This document shows, in pieces, positions 14,101 to 27,510 of a DNA stretch of 64,000 nt. Made by a program: the position numbers and the translations under genes. The stretch is taken from positions 34,286,001 to 34,350,000 of the forward strand of contig CM060731.1 of NCBI GenBank assembly GCA_030704615.1, written 5' to 3'. Below the pieces are notes generated by a model. It saw only the letters and a list, made by a program, of their open reading frames with translations, was not told the origin of the DNA and did no database searches. Each line of letters opens with the position of its first letter. Position 1 is the stretch's first letter. This DNA comes from Takakia lepidozioides. Taxonomy: Eukaryota > Plantae > Bryophyta.

Positions 14101-14631
14101 GAAATAATCTCAGCATCATTCTATCGCAGGGACACACAGTCCTGCAACTTGAACTCCTTGCATGTCACATATACTGATCAGTGTACACACACGACAGGTT
14201 CAGTAAGCCTGCGGAGACATGTCTCAACGGTAGGTCCTAGAAAATGTTCAGAGGAGGCGGCTGATGGATTCGCATAGCTCTCTTACTTGCCTGTCTCTCC
14301 CAGTCCTACCAATCCTTTCCCCCTGGACTTACATCTTCAACTTTCACTCTTCTGTTCTTTCCACTTCCCCCCACAACAACACCATCCCCTCTGCTCTGTG
14401 ACACCGTAGCCTTGAGGAACACGAGCACACTGTCTCCCTCGCACACCGTCTGGGTGCCAAAGACTTAGGAACTCACCGATGGGCAACCGAATAGTTGGAG
14501 GGCACCGTTGGCGACGGGTCCGGGGATGTGAGATCGACAGCGGTCATTTCATAAGACCCTGCTGTCGAGGAGTTGTCTCCGTTTGCATGGTCGTGACCTT
14601 CATCTGGTGGAGAGTGCGCCCCGTTCTCCAT
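6309..14631 (-). CDS. CCC1: Cation-chloride cotransporter (SLC12/CCC1), multi-exon
   Basis: Exons encode [103 protein letters not shown] and terminal [12 protein letters not shown] (stop at 6309). The likely ATG is 14631 (MENGAHSP...). Exon boundaries at 13.5-14.0 kb are uncertain. Confidence 0.92.
11069..11124. repeat. (GA)n microsatellite just inside a CCC1 intron
   Basis: Uninterrupted GA run next to the GT donor near 11129 on the minus strand. It explains the SLSLSL tail of ORF 11062..11376. Confidence 0.95.
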
Positions 14632-16603
14632 CCTTGCCACTTGCACGAATCAGAAATAAAATCCTTCGTCACATCGTCGATCCAAACCTCTGTTCTCACC
14701 GCACATATCCGGCCAAAAATTCCAGGGATTCTCTCCTCCCGCAGTGATCAAATCCTATCCTCCACCTTCATAACAGGCCAAGATCTATGCCTGCGGCCAA
14801 ACCACCCTCCCCCCCACCAACAAAAGAAAACCCCCGATCCACCCTGCTAAGCAAAGCTAAGCCAGCGTTCTGCCAGATCAATGCGACTTTCCCAAAAACC
14901 TTGACCATCAGCGGACCCGCGCCCTCGCCGAGCTTCCCCGCTCCAAAGTCATCCACGATTTCAAAGACCCTCCAAGGTCCAGATCTCCGAGACTCCACTT
15001 CAAACACAAAACCTCCACCGATGTACCTCTGCGTATGAAACTCCAAAATGCAAGGACATCCAGCTACGAAAGAAGCTCACTATTTCCGTCCCCAAGCTCA
15101 TTTGATGATCCACTTCTTGTATGTGTATGTATGTCAGAGAGGGAGAGGGAGAGAAGACAGCACACCACACCAAAGAAGATAAAGGTAAGGCAAAGCAGCC
15201 ACCACAATGCAGCAAGAATTTGACTAGTCACAGAAACCGTGTGATATACAGATCGCACACCAGCACAAGGAAGGTGTAAGGAAAGCACAGTGATCTGGAA
15301 GATCCAGCGACAAGAAAGCAGGAAAAAGTAAGCGAGACAGATCTGCCCATGCGCTTGCTGCAGGGAGGGAAGCACCCTAGACTTCCTCTACTTACTCCAC
15401 TCTGCAATCTTTTGATATGTGATTCTCCTTCTCATTCGATGATTTCATCGGCTACAAACACTCTACACCCTTGCATTAGGAGCCATAGAAGCAAACATTT
15501 GAGAAGGTGGGTTTCGATCCCCGGTGCTCAGTGTTAGCGATATGTCCACTGTTGACGTCCGCGCACATGCCATGTAAGTAGGAACTGGGAAGTTAGGAAG
15601 TAAAGATTGCGAACCCAAGAGAGTGCGAGCGTGGGGCCCAGAGAATCAGCCCCAATCAATGATCTCTGGCAACACTTCTATGTATCACATAGGCTATTCG
15701 AGCTCATCTCTGTCCACCGACTAAACTTTTCCTTCTCACTGTAATTCCACGACCCACGACACACACATCTTTGGACAATTGTTTAGTTGCTTGAAACGAT
15801 GAAGAAGAGACGTGCGTGGACGCCTCTTCCTGTGTATAATTTGCTGCTCCTGTGAGAAACTCTTACGGAATGTACTGTCCTGTGGTGCGTCATCCAGACC
15901 ACCTTGATTGACATTCCACCCGGATAGGAACCCACCCACCTTCCAGACCCGGAGACTTTTTCAAAGAATGTGTTGTGGGTGACTGTGAAGCAAGAGCAGA
16001 TAGGTTCAGCTTGCAGTCGAGTTTCATGCTACAAAAGAACCTTTCAATTCTTGCACAAGCCCTGGATATTATTGCAGGGAGGCAGCACTATTTACAGTAG
16101 CTCGTATGCAAGTGCCGAATCCAGCATGAGTGCTGCAAATCTGGTCTGTTGTCTCACAGAACCAGATCAAATTGGACCATAATGTGTTTTTCAGTGTCTT
16201 GTGGATTGGGTTGCCAAAATGAGAATTGTTGTACTGGAGACCATCTGCATGTGCTCAGGTGCAGGTCGGAACCCTGGGCATCCAATCTTCACCTCACAAC
16301 TGCACAGTTGTCACACTTCCCAAACTTACAGAATTACAGCATTTGTCTTGGGAGTAGACACTCTCAGTTGATATGAGGACAATCTCCTTTGTGTCCTCCA
16401 TTGGCCATTCAATTGGCTCTGTCCTTGGATCCTTAGGTTCTTCGTCCAACACTCGTCTAGACAGTAGGAATTGATCTAAATGGGCTACTAAGCATCAATT
16501 CCCATCCGACATTGACCAAGAACGTGTAGAGATACAGCACGATGATGGGGAATGTCCCCAAAAATAACATGGGGACCGTGGTACTGCCAATTGCGACCAG
16601 ACA

Positions 16604-19600
16604 TCATCTATCTATTGTTTCAACCTCAGGGCTCCTTAGCTGCACTGTGATGGGAAGGCCCCCAGCTGGTACATGCAAAGGCATGTAGTCCGAGTATGTC
16701 GAAACACACCTACTCACTTCCCATCTGCTCCATGTCCAAGCCAGCCAGTCAGATGCATGCACTCATACAGTGATAGACAGGCTGACATCAATTGTCTGAT
16801 CCATTGCTCAGCTCATTTCTTTCTGCTGTGTAGAGTTGCCCACCTGTCAGACCTGTCCAGATGTATGTCAGTCATTCAGTCACCCAGTCTGTCCATTTCC
16901 ACATTTACTCCCACAGTCTTGGAAATTTGAATGTTACTACACCCACAGAGATTTCAGGATCCATCCTAGTTACTGACGTTCCTTTTCTTGCTCTGAATGC
17001 ACCAGTCTCCATACCTGAACCTCTGACCTTGGAACTCCTTATTAGTCTCAAGACTTTTTGTGCAAGTGGAAGAAGAAACATAATGTTGAAACATCCACTA
17101 CTAGCAGCTAACTCGTAGTTTTTAGTACATCGCAGTAGAAGTTACCTATATTTTGTTGTAAAATGATGGAGAAATATAAACATCTCCAACTGTGCTAGCT
17201 CTCTCCCAAGGCACACATGGGCACCATTGCCAAAGGGTGTGAAGGTGAATGGCTTAGGCGCCACCTGGAGCAAACGACAGATGTTCATAAGAAACCTGCA
17301 GAAGAGAGAAAGAAAGCATACAATGTCCACAGTGGGCCCTCAGGTCCATGGTACAAAGAGAGACAGATATGATGAGATGCCAGCCGAAGCCAGCATAAGT
17401 AAAGAGCCCCTTCCCCACAAGCCAGGTACTTGCATGGGACAAATCTGCACATTCATTGGGAATGCCTTCAGATACTGCTATTTCTTTGCATGTTTGAACC
17501 ACCTCAGCAAAGCCAAGACTCTTTCTCCCTCTCTCTCTGGGCAGCATGTCTACATAGGCTCTCCACTTTAGAGAATCTCTTGCCATTGCATGGTTGATTT
17601 TGGGCTGCTTGCTGAGGGCAACACAACTTTTCCTTTCTCTTATTCCATCAGCTCTGAACTTTCCATTGATGTAATGAAGTTTTTATTTGTTCCTTAGTCC
17701 TCCTACAGACAAAATAAATATCTTTCTTCTCCCTCTACTTGTCTCTACTTGCAGCCCTTGAACCCTTTGGGTGTACTGCAGATGCAACAAATTTGCATGT
17801 TTTCACTCTGCATGTCCATCAGTTTTTAAACTTTCATGCTTGAATTCAGTGCTGTAGTTCAAACAAACACAAGTGTCTACGATACTATTTGGGAGACAAA
17901 CTCTACCTCAAAGCGTGTGGGGTCGAATTTGTAAGGTTGGGGGTAATTTTGAGGGTTGAGGTGGAAAGTCGTGTGTACCACCAGCACCCTCCAGCCTTTA
18001 GGTATTAGGTACCCTGCATGGATCCCACACACATCTCTGAAACCTACTAAACTTCTCGTTTTTCTCACGCCCGTCAAGGGCCTTGTTATGCATCATAATC
18101 TGACCTTGAACTAGTTACCAATTGATCACTTATATCATACCAGCTGAAGTAGCGAATGGAAGCTGGTGCCCCTTACAACCCACGTGAGTTGTGACCATTT
18201 AAGATCCCTAGTTCAAGCAACAAAATGCTACGTGATAGGCTTTGTCCAGCAATTCCCAAGACTCCTTATGTCGGATTATCTCATGTTGCATGACTTGCCT
18301 GGAATCACTTCTACGACAATGCCGTTATTTTGTGCAGGCTCCGAAACAGAACGAACTCAACCCCTCACCTCAAGTTCAGTTGTCGGAAGGGACACAGCAA
18401 ATGTTACCACGATAAGCGATGTCTTGGAGAGCCTCCCTGTATGAGAAATCAACAAGGTTGGCTACTCTCAATGTTTCTTTTATCACCTGCAAACAAGAGT
18501 TTACAGATCAGATTATATATCAAAACAGGGGGGGGCTTGATTCGTACAATATAAGGTGTGTATTACCAGTTTATACAGTTCATGTAGGTATGGATACTTC
18601 ATATTTCTAGGCTTCATATTACATTGTCTAGATTCTCTTCACTTGCCACTACAGGAGCTGGCTTCTACCCGCTGGGTGATAGGCATGTCTTTGATGTCCG
18701 TCCATGTGAGGGCTTCATCAGGAGCTGTCTTTCTTTGCACAATTTTATCATGCTCTTCCTGCACACCTTCCCACTCAATCCTATGGCATCAGCTACCCCT
18801 CCCAACTGAGCTAAGGACCTTGACAATGTGCAATGAAGTTGTTTGCCTCCAAACATGCAAACTCTTGCCCAGTGGGTCATGGAACCATTCATCCAGAACC
18901 CAGTAAAATTTCGTCTGGAAGCCAGGTAGCAGTAGGGGCTGCAGGATGAAACCCACCATGTGGAACTGCTGTCAAAGTGCAATGAGAAAAAGCATCGGCT
19001 GTGGTAGCTGGTAGAAAAGTCTAGACATACTGTATGATGAAAGATTTCCACTAGCCTTGTATTCGACGATTTTATGGTGATTTAGTGGGCATTTCAATAT
19101 TGTACAAAGATCCACAGTTGCACTTTACACATAACTAGCAACATATGTTAGCAAAGATCCCAAGATGTCCCTTTAATTGGGGATACTGTATGGAACAGGC
19201 AGATACAAGTAATAATATACACTACCGTGAGCTCATCCAGTAGTCTGCCATTTTCTCTCAGGTTCTTGAGAGCCCAGGTAAGAGCAGCTGCTGATGTGTT
19301 GTGGGCTGCAAAAAGGAGAGTTAGAATGTTTTCTTGCAATTCCCGACTACTCATGGGAATCTTATCTTCATCCTCCGCATCCATCAGCACGCCCAGTATA
19401 TCAGTGTGCTGTTTACTTCGAGAGGATCTCCGTCTGCTCACAATCTTATCGACAATAGCACATGCCTTTTTCCTTCCCTGTTATGCTCAGACAGTTGGGG
19501 GGTCATCAACACCATCAACACCAAGAAACCAGTACTATCCAAACTGACGAATCGGTCTGGAAACCTAGCAACCCTTCATACTTGAAATTCAAACTATTGA

Positions 19601-21247
19601 GATGGGAAAAGTTCAATTACTTGGCAGGCATTGTAGTAGTTAGTGCCAGGTAAATTTATACGCCAAGAGCCGAGACCTTTGACAATGTACTCACAAGCCT
19701 TTGTTAGCTCCTTGCGATCTTGCTCAGGCTGTGGGCCCAATATGAACATGGTGGCCACATTAAACGCATACTGTGCCCTCCCGCCCACTTCTGTTAGGCA
19801 TTTGTGAGATCACAACAACCCCCTTCAATAGAGATTTTACTACTACAGTCCAAATTGCACACCAAACAATGGCAGCATAAACCCTTGCATATTCTAGATG
19901 TAAATGACCGTCCTCATCAAACAGACGGATCCTCATTCCAAATGATTTCAGCTATCCCAGTCACAATTCAAACTAGAAAGTGTTTCCCCTGTCCTTGTCC
20001 CTTGGCACCCAGTTCAACTAAGGCCATAGGTTGTCTGCAGGCAGAGGAGAAACTGAGCCAATCAGGCCTCCATGAAGTGGAGTGCACCTATGCAGATCAC
20101 TTCTGTGAAGTCGAGCCTAGTGAAGCCCTCTGAGAAGAGGCGGAGGGCGCTACCCACTCAGAACTGAGCTGGCTACACTCAGAGATGATCCGGCAGTGAG
20201 AGTCTCACAAGCCTGGCCTCCTGCAGGGCGTTGACTGTCCTTCCTTCCCAAGACCGCATGAGGCAAAGCGCCCAGGCTTCCAGCTGTGGAATCAGATTGT
20301 GAAGATGCAGCATTGGGCCTTGAAGTTGCTTCCTCAGTTTCAAGTGTATGGTATGGTTATCAGCATACCCAAAAAACCTGCTTCCTAGCATATCTTCAAC
20401 AACTGGTAGGCCGCGCTGGCGGAAGAGATTCGGATGCTCCACGAGGACAAACTTCGCTGCCTCTGGGCTAGTTGTTGCAATGGACGGATACCCAAACAAA
20501 TGAGTTCTGAAAAGCTCTCCGTACCTGCAAAAGCTTGTTATTTTGGTGCGTCAGGCACCGAAAAGGAGCTTTACAGAAGTGTCGAAAGATTCGGAACCTG
20601 CCAGCTATGGGGCCACTTTGGGAGTACACACTGGTGACATCAACATTCTGGACTTGAAATCTAGTCTCCACCTCCATTTGTGAGTACGACTACCGGTAAA
20701 GACATGAGCTCGGGACGAGGATCTACTCAAAAGAGAAAAGCAAACTAGACCAGGCTTTTGTACGGAATCCGTCGTAAGAACATGAACGCTAGACCTATGT
20801 TGGGCGGCAATGGAAGGTACGCTGGAGCTGGAGCTGAAAGGCTCACTTTTTTTGTCTGGCCAAGTAGAACTTCTGTTGCTGCGATCTCAAGAGGTAAGTC
20901 TCGCCAATGAAGGGCCAACCCATGGATCCTGGGGGCAAGCGCAGCCCCTTGCGCGATGGCAAGAAAAATGCCATGTGCCGCAGCAGCGATAGCATCAATA
21001 CACACCCCAACCCAACAGTGATGGCTAGCGCCAAAGTTTCCGCGTGCATAGAATTGAGGACATATTTTATTCTTGTCAGGGTCTGCCCTTCAAACATATT
21101 CATGAAGAACTGCACCCACTGAAGTATGTCATGAATAACGCGCATGACGGTCATCTGCAGCATATCATACAATTTCCTCCCGAAGTTGTCGAGTGCGTCC
21201 AGCACGGCCCCAAGCGCAGCCAATACCATGATGTGAGGCTGCTCCAT
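16604..21247 (-). CDS. Cytochrome P450, CYP85 clan, CYP707A (ABA 8'-hydroxylase)-like, about 9 exons
   Basis: Motifs: LPPGSMGWPFIGET proline hinge, I-helix LLFAAHNTS, K-helix VIKETLR, GYLIPKGW, FDPTRF, heme motif PFGNGAHVCLG. The last exon (WEVSRC...GGLPITV...ETIDR*) was found manually and ends at 16604. Confidence 0.88.
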
Positions 21248-21759
21248 CTTGCTTACTCCAGATTATCTACTACCTCAGCACCTGCAAACTCCACGATCTG
21301 TCCTCCGTGCGTCTCCCTCCTCCAGGCTCCACCACACTCTTGTCTCTCCCTAGCTGAGCCTTTGCATTGATTCCAACTCTTTTTTACAGACATGGAGCTT
21401 TTGTATACACACAAGCATGCCGCCCGTATCAACATCTTCAGTCCCGCCTACTCCGTGACAGTCCCGGAGATCACAAAAACAATTCTTGGTCTGTTCTTCC
21501 TCTGCCCCTTCTCCGATAAAATTCCCCCGTCCTTTCTTCCTCTCGCGCTGTCTGCTTCTCGTCTTCGTCTCTCACATCTCGAGATCGAGAGGGGCCGTAG
21601 CATCGCTGCTGATGGCAACCCTTGCACTCTGCCTTCCACACTCCCACACTGTTGCCTTCTTCATTCATCCAAGCCACCGCCCATCCATCCACCTGGATGG
21701 ACCAAAGTTCATGGCCTCACTGGTAGAGCACTATTTTTCTTTCATTTTTTAAAAGGGAT

Positions 21760-22780
21760 TATTGTATCTTATCGGACAAATGGAATGGCAGATGGGATCA
21801 ACACAACTTCACTGATGAAAACTGGAAATCCATCTAGGGTCTAATCTGGAGAAAATCCAAGCCAGCAAAGATGAGTGCGTTTGTGTCGCAAGTTGCCAAT
21901 AGGGTTATCGAAGTCGGGCAATTTCTAAACTTTGCGGATGCACTACTCTATCAATGTTGTACAATAGGTACTATTGAAACCATGGAGCACTGCCTCTTGC
22001 ACTGCGTGGCCCCCACCGCCATCTGGCCCTTGGTGCACACATTTTACAGAACCTGGGGACACATGCCTACCTCTCCTCTCCCTCCTCTCCTGTGGCTATC
22101 TTGCTAAATTATAACCAGACTCGAAAACTGTGGCATCTAACTGTCCGGTTTTCGAGACCTTGAGAAGCTCTACTCTTTGGTATTTATGGAGATGCCGTTG
22201 TGCATGGGCCCTTGGCAATGAAAATACCTCTCCATCGGCCCTCCTTACCTCTGTATTCTTTGATCTTACTGTGGCTGCTAAGAAGGCTTGGGCGAAATTG
22301 TGTGCAAAGGTCGTCAGGAAGCCTGAGCGTCAGCCAGCACTCCTCCAGGCCTTCAGAGGGACTTGGGGGAAGGAGGGAGTCATTTGTAGCTGCGATTTTG
22401 ATCTCTCCTCCGCTTGGGCGGACCGAACTCTTTCATGCTGGCAAGGGTTCAGATCCGGCCTCTTCAGCGTCCCCGGAGTGTGACCGCTCTGATATTAATT
22501 GGAAGCATGTCAGGGCCTCCTCCACGACAAAGCGACACTTTCATATATAGATAGCTCTTCTTGCTTCGATCCTGCCATCCGGCTGTCTTCTCCACTTCTC
22601 TCCTCTTCGCCCCTCTATCTCCCTCTACTGGTTCATCAATCTCCCCCAATGATTTCGGAGTCTTCCGTTCTGGAAAGAGAGTAACACCGTTCTAAGTTAT
22701 CCTGCACGGGTTCCCCGTGTTAACAGCCTTCGGGCACACTAAGGGTTTTAATTTTTAATCCCTTCAATAATTTTAATAAA
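21760..22780 (+). mobile_element. 5'-truncated LINE 3' fragment (zf-RVT region), degraded
   Basis: KWNGRW..NWKSI*GLIWRKSKPAKMSAFV..CCTIGTIETMEHCLLHC..AIW parallels the zf-RVT region of the neighbouring LINE (WKNVWRK..CNLGLLESLDHYLVECPFA). Confidence 0.65.
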
Positions 22781-22859
22781 GCTCCTAAGGGCTTCCTCCC
22801 CTTTCTCCCCAAGGGCAATCGCTTTCTTCGGAAGAGCAGTCAGCCTGGGACAGGCTTAC

Positions 22860-25800
22860 CTATTCAGTTGGTCTCTCAAATCGCTGCATCCCAACTAGAT
22901 CCTCTCTCAGATTCACTTGGAGTAACAACAGAGTCCCCCCGGACTTGTCTATGGCCAGATTGGATAGGTCTTACTACTCTCCGCTGGCTGCCTCATGGAT
23001 TAAACATGATCCTCTCCCCCCCATATTGCCAGATGTTGACCATGCTCTCTTGTCTCTCAAGCTTACTCCCCCAGGGATCTATCGAAGGGGAAGAGGTTTA
23101 TTTAAATTGAATCCGAGTCTCCTTCGATCCCCAAAAGTGACTCAGCAGCTTGCTGCAGTTTGGAAAGATGCGGGAAACCAATTCACTTCTCCATCCGTTA
23201 GATTTCTTCATAAGCTGGCTGACACAAGGAAGGCAGCTCAATCATTGGCCAGAAAAGCAGCCGTGGATAAGGATGGTAAGGAAAAGGCCCTAATCAAAAC
23301 CATCTCTCACTGTCAATGGCTGATAGAGTCTAGTTTGGTGGGGCCCTTGACCCATCAATCTCTTAATACGGCGAAACGAAACTTGGCAGAGCTGCGTGCA
23401 ATCAAAGAAGACAATATCCGTAGGTAAGCTGGAATAAACTGGTCTCTTAAAGGTGAAAAAATGTCGGCCTATTTTTTCCATAAATCATGGCAGCGTCAGG
23501 CTTCTACATCTATTTCCTCATTACGAGATCAATCCAACATGCTTCATGTTAATCCAAAGGCAATGGCTGGAGTGGCAGCAGAGTATTTCACAAATCTCTT
23601 TGCTCGTCCTCCAAGCTCTGAGAACTCTCTCATCAGCAGAAGTGCAGTTCTGGACTCTGTCCCCTCTATTCTCACTCCCCAGGACAATGCCAAGCTTAAT
23701 GGTCCCTTCTCGGAAATGGAGCTCATGCTGGCTTTGGAAAATCTGGCTTCTCTCAAATCCCCAGGATTGGACGGTCTTCCGGTAGAATTCTTCAAACACC
23801 TCTGGTCTGCAGTCTCGGAAGATTTCCTTCTTATGGCCAATGACGTGCTGGCCAAGGGATCATGCCTTCCTAGCTATCTCAAGGGGTGATTGCTTTGATT
23901 TTCAAAAAGGGGGATCGTGACATGATAACCAATTACAGGCCCATTACGTTGCTTAATTCTTCTAACAAGATCATAGCTAAGGCTCTCGCCATGAGGCTTC
24001 AGCCCTTTTTGCCCAGGTTGGTGCGTCCAGAGCAGACTGGGTTTATGCAAAATAGAATGATCCTAGACGATGTTCTTTTGGCAATATAAGCTCTTCACTT
24101 GGCCCATTTATCGGACCAGCCTCTAGCTATGCTAATGTTGGACTTCGAAAATGCCTTCGACAATGTTGATTGGGCTCTTCTTTTGGGGGTCATTCAGAAG
24201 CTAGGATTCGAAGGGAATTTCGTGTCTTGGATAAAAATCCTTCTCTTCTCGGCCTCCAGTAAAGTTCAAGTCAATGGTGTTCTATCCAAATCCTTTCAAT
24301 TACACAGGTCAGTAAGGCAAGGGTGCCCTTTATCCCCCTTCCTCTTTCTGATCGCGGCGGATGCCCTCGGTCACTTGCTAGCTGCCAATACCTCTTTGTA
24401 AGGGCTAAAAATCCCTAAATCTTTGCCCTATCGACTAAATCACTGCACAAGTTATGGGTGGTGGTCATTGCTCAACAACATATTTAGCCTGGGCATCAAG
24501 CATCAGTGCCTCAGTCAAGAACAGACGACACTCTCTTATTTATTGATAACTCTACGCAAGCGAACGTCTCAGCCATCCTTCAGACCTTCTGCGCCCATGC
24601 ATCAGGGTTACGGATAAATTGGTCCAAGACAATAGCTATTCTCTCCAAGCTTTCCATCCAAGCGGGGGCATCGCACATCGCGCCTTGGGGGGGAGGATTT
24701 GGGTCTTTGTTGGCTTCAAAATGGAGAAGCCCATAATCTTTTGGGGCACCTAGTGGGTCATGACCTCACAGATCTGCAGAGATGCGAGGCGGTTCTAGCC
24801 AAAATCAGAAAATGGGCCATTGGTGCTTTATTCATTTGTCTATAGCTGGGCGGGCTCTGGTTGCTAACCAGGTAATCCAATCTTCCTCATAGTTTTCCTC
24901 GGCTGTCTGGTCCCTTGGCTCCAAGATTATCTCGCAGATAAAAACCATGACTCACAACTTCATATGGGGGGCTACCCCGACTATGCCAAACAGAAGAAGC
25001 CTGATAAGCTGGGCCCAGATCTCTCTCAAAAAAAAAACGGGGGCTTGGAGGTTCTGGACCCTCAATCTCAAATCCTTGCCTTATTGGCCAAATGGGTGCC
25101 CAGAGTTTTGACTCATCTTTCATCTCCGTGGAGCCTTGTTGTCAGATGTCATATTCTGGACTCTGGGCCTTTAGCGTCATCCTGGCCAGAATCATTGAGA
25201 TGGATAACCCAGGGTAACCGCTCCTCCCGTGCCTTCTCCTTCGGTTCAAAGGCGTGGCAATCCATCTGGGCTGCCTGGATTAAAATGAGGCCCAATCTTT
25301 TCCAGTCAACCCCTAAGACAAGGGAAGAAGCCATGAGGCAGCCTCTATTTGGAAATCTCAATGCTTACTCTAACTCCTTAATTACTTGCTCTAAAAAGTG
25401 GGCATCCTGGGAGAAGGCAGGGATTGTCAGCTTCCTCCACATTTGGGAATCAGGGTCGTTTCTACCCAGAGCCACAGCCACTGCAATCTTTCATCTAGGA
25501 AGGTTGCATGCTGGGATCAGATTGTCAATGACATTCCTCAAGTGGATATCGCTTTGTTCTTTTCCTTCCAATATTAGGGCTCTGCCAATATGGCTGGGGG
25601 GGGGGGCAGTGGCAATGCTTCTAAGTATGCCCTTTATGCAATCCACAGAATAGGGAATCAGATCTCTGGATGGAAATTTCAAGTTCAATTTGATGGGACC
25701 CTGACTTCCCCAGTGTGGTCTCACTTTCTAGAATCGGATATGTATGCCATCAGAGTTTACTGCAAAGACTATGGGAAATGCAATCCAATTCCTCCCATGA

Positions 25801-26881
25801 ATATGCAACATTATTTCGGATCCTTCAACTGGTTTCTTACTGCCCCTTTGCATATGTTGCAATTCGACCCACCAGAATGGAACTGGATGTCTAAAAAGCA
25901 TGATCATTTTCTGGGTTACAAAGTCAAGCTGGGCTACTCTTTATTAAGGCCTCCGGCTACTTTTGAGGCCAAATGGAATGCCAAGTGGGGACATCTACCC
26001 ACTCTACCCCTAAATTGGCAACACATCTGGAAGAATGTATGGAGAAAAAACAGATAGGCCAAAATCTCAGGATTTCTTTGGAAGCTAGTCAATAGAATTC
26101 TGCCTGTCCTTCAAGTCATTCTAGATGCTCTTGACCAATGTCAAGTGTGCAACCTGGGTCTCTTGGAATCACTGGATCATTATTTGGTAGAATGCCCCTT
26201 CGCTGGGTTCATCTGGAATCGTATCAGAATGTTTTACTTGGCCTGGGACCCGTCCATTCCCATGCAGTCTTTGTTAATCTTGCTCAACCTTCACGAAGGA
26301 TCAATTTGGTCTAAATGCCCGGTATGGGCCTGTCTTCGAGCGCACTCGAGTGTTCAGAAGGTTTTCTTCATGATCCATTCAGATTTAATGACTGAAGCAA
26401 GAAAGGCCTGGAATGTCATGTGTGCAGCTACTCCTCGATGTGCGCAACGAAGGAGATAACAACTTTTCACTGGCTTTGATAACGCTTGGGGAAAAGGGAA
26501 CATCATCTGCACAAGGACATCAGACTCATCGATTGTCTGGAACAACAACATCCCGCCATGTTGGCAGCTCCACTAGCGCCCAACTATCTATGGAGCAAGA
26601 AGAATCAGATAGGAATTGGAGGCATAAGAGAACATCCAGAAAGGGCAAATCCAAAGCCCACCTCTCTTTTGAATCCTCTGGACGCAGAATCAATGAGCCT
26701 TTGTAGTCTTGTCTCGCTGCTATGGACCTACTCGTCCTTAGTCTCCTGCAGCCTCTCTCAGATTTGGCCACGGGGCAGTGTCTCCTTTATCATCTTTATG
26801 GTTGTTTTTCCTGAGGTTGTTTTTTCCTCAATTTTATTAATAAATTTGTCAGGGCTCCCCTATTCAAAAAAAAAAAAAAAA
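22860..26881 (+). mobile_element. L1/Tx1-like LINE ORF2 relic (endonuclease C-terminus, RT, zf-RVT) with poly(A) tail
   Basis: ARLDRSY/DHALL/FKLNPSLL (APE end); KSPGLDGLPVEFFK, NYRPITLLN, LDFENAFDNVDW, VRQGCPLSPFLF, DDTLLF (RT); ESLDHYLVEC. Many stops and frameshifts. AATAAA near 26838 and an A-run at about 26865-26881. Confidence 0.92.
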
Positions 26882-27121
26882 GGTATGGCTACTGGCTACT
26901 GGCTGGAGGGTGGACCCGAAGGGTTACAACTTGGCTGTCTAATAGACACCATAATTTATGCTTCCTTGTTTGGTTGCTAGGGATTAATTTGTATGAAATA
27001 ATTCCAACTGTACCATGAGCTGCCACTCAACATACTTGAGAAAAAAAAAATGAGTTGTCGCTCCCAGGTGTTTCCCTTTAAAAAAAAACAATTTAAAAAA
27101 AATTTATTGTATCTATAAAGA

Positions 27122-27191
27122 GAGAGAAGGGAAAAAAAAAAAAAAAAAAAAAAAAAACTCCGGCCGAAGCCGGCGTAACTAGTGAGAGAAG
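27122..27191. repeat. Short hairpin-bearing dispersed repeat, copy 1
   Basis: (A)26-CTCCGGCCGAAGCCGGCGTAACTAG, flanked by GAGAGAAG at 27122-27129 and 27184-27191. Related copies at 39664 and 45003. Confidence 0.7.
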
Positions 27192-27272
27192 CCTACATAC
27201 GACAGTGGTCAAACAAAATAAAAATAAAAATAACCGGCGAAGAGAAGCACAGAGCCCGAGGGCTGCTAAGCC

Positions 27273-27510
27273 TGTGATGCCCCAAACTTTCCTCATCACA
27301 GATTTACCCGTTTCATCCAAAACGGTGATACACATGGCGTATAAAGCCGTTAATCCGTTACAATGATGTTTAGGTTAGGGTTAGTTTAGGCTGGTGGCTT
27401 GATCCTGGCCCTTCGTTAGATCCAGGGCTGCAAGGCAGCACCATGGGCTTGGGCCTATAATGCCTCACCACGTGGCGGGCCACTAAGGTTAGGGCTTTTG
27501 TATAAAGACG
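27273..27510 (+). repeat. 5' LTR, portion shared with the 3' LTR
   Basis: Near-identical to 34786-35037 apart from a 14-bp indel and substitutions. Contains a TATAAA box near its end. Confidence 0.85.

Noticed and set aside
15490-15530. B-box-like GGTTTCGATCCCC
   Set aside because: No cloverleaf or convincing A box, so not called as tRNA or SINE.
18290-18310. Possible GC donor (CAG|GCAAGT) in the P450
   Set aside because: The exon ends earlier at a canonical GT near 18407 and joins the next exon in frame.
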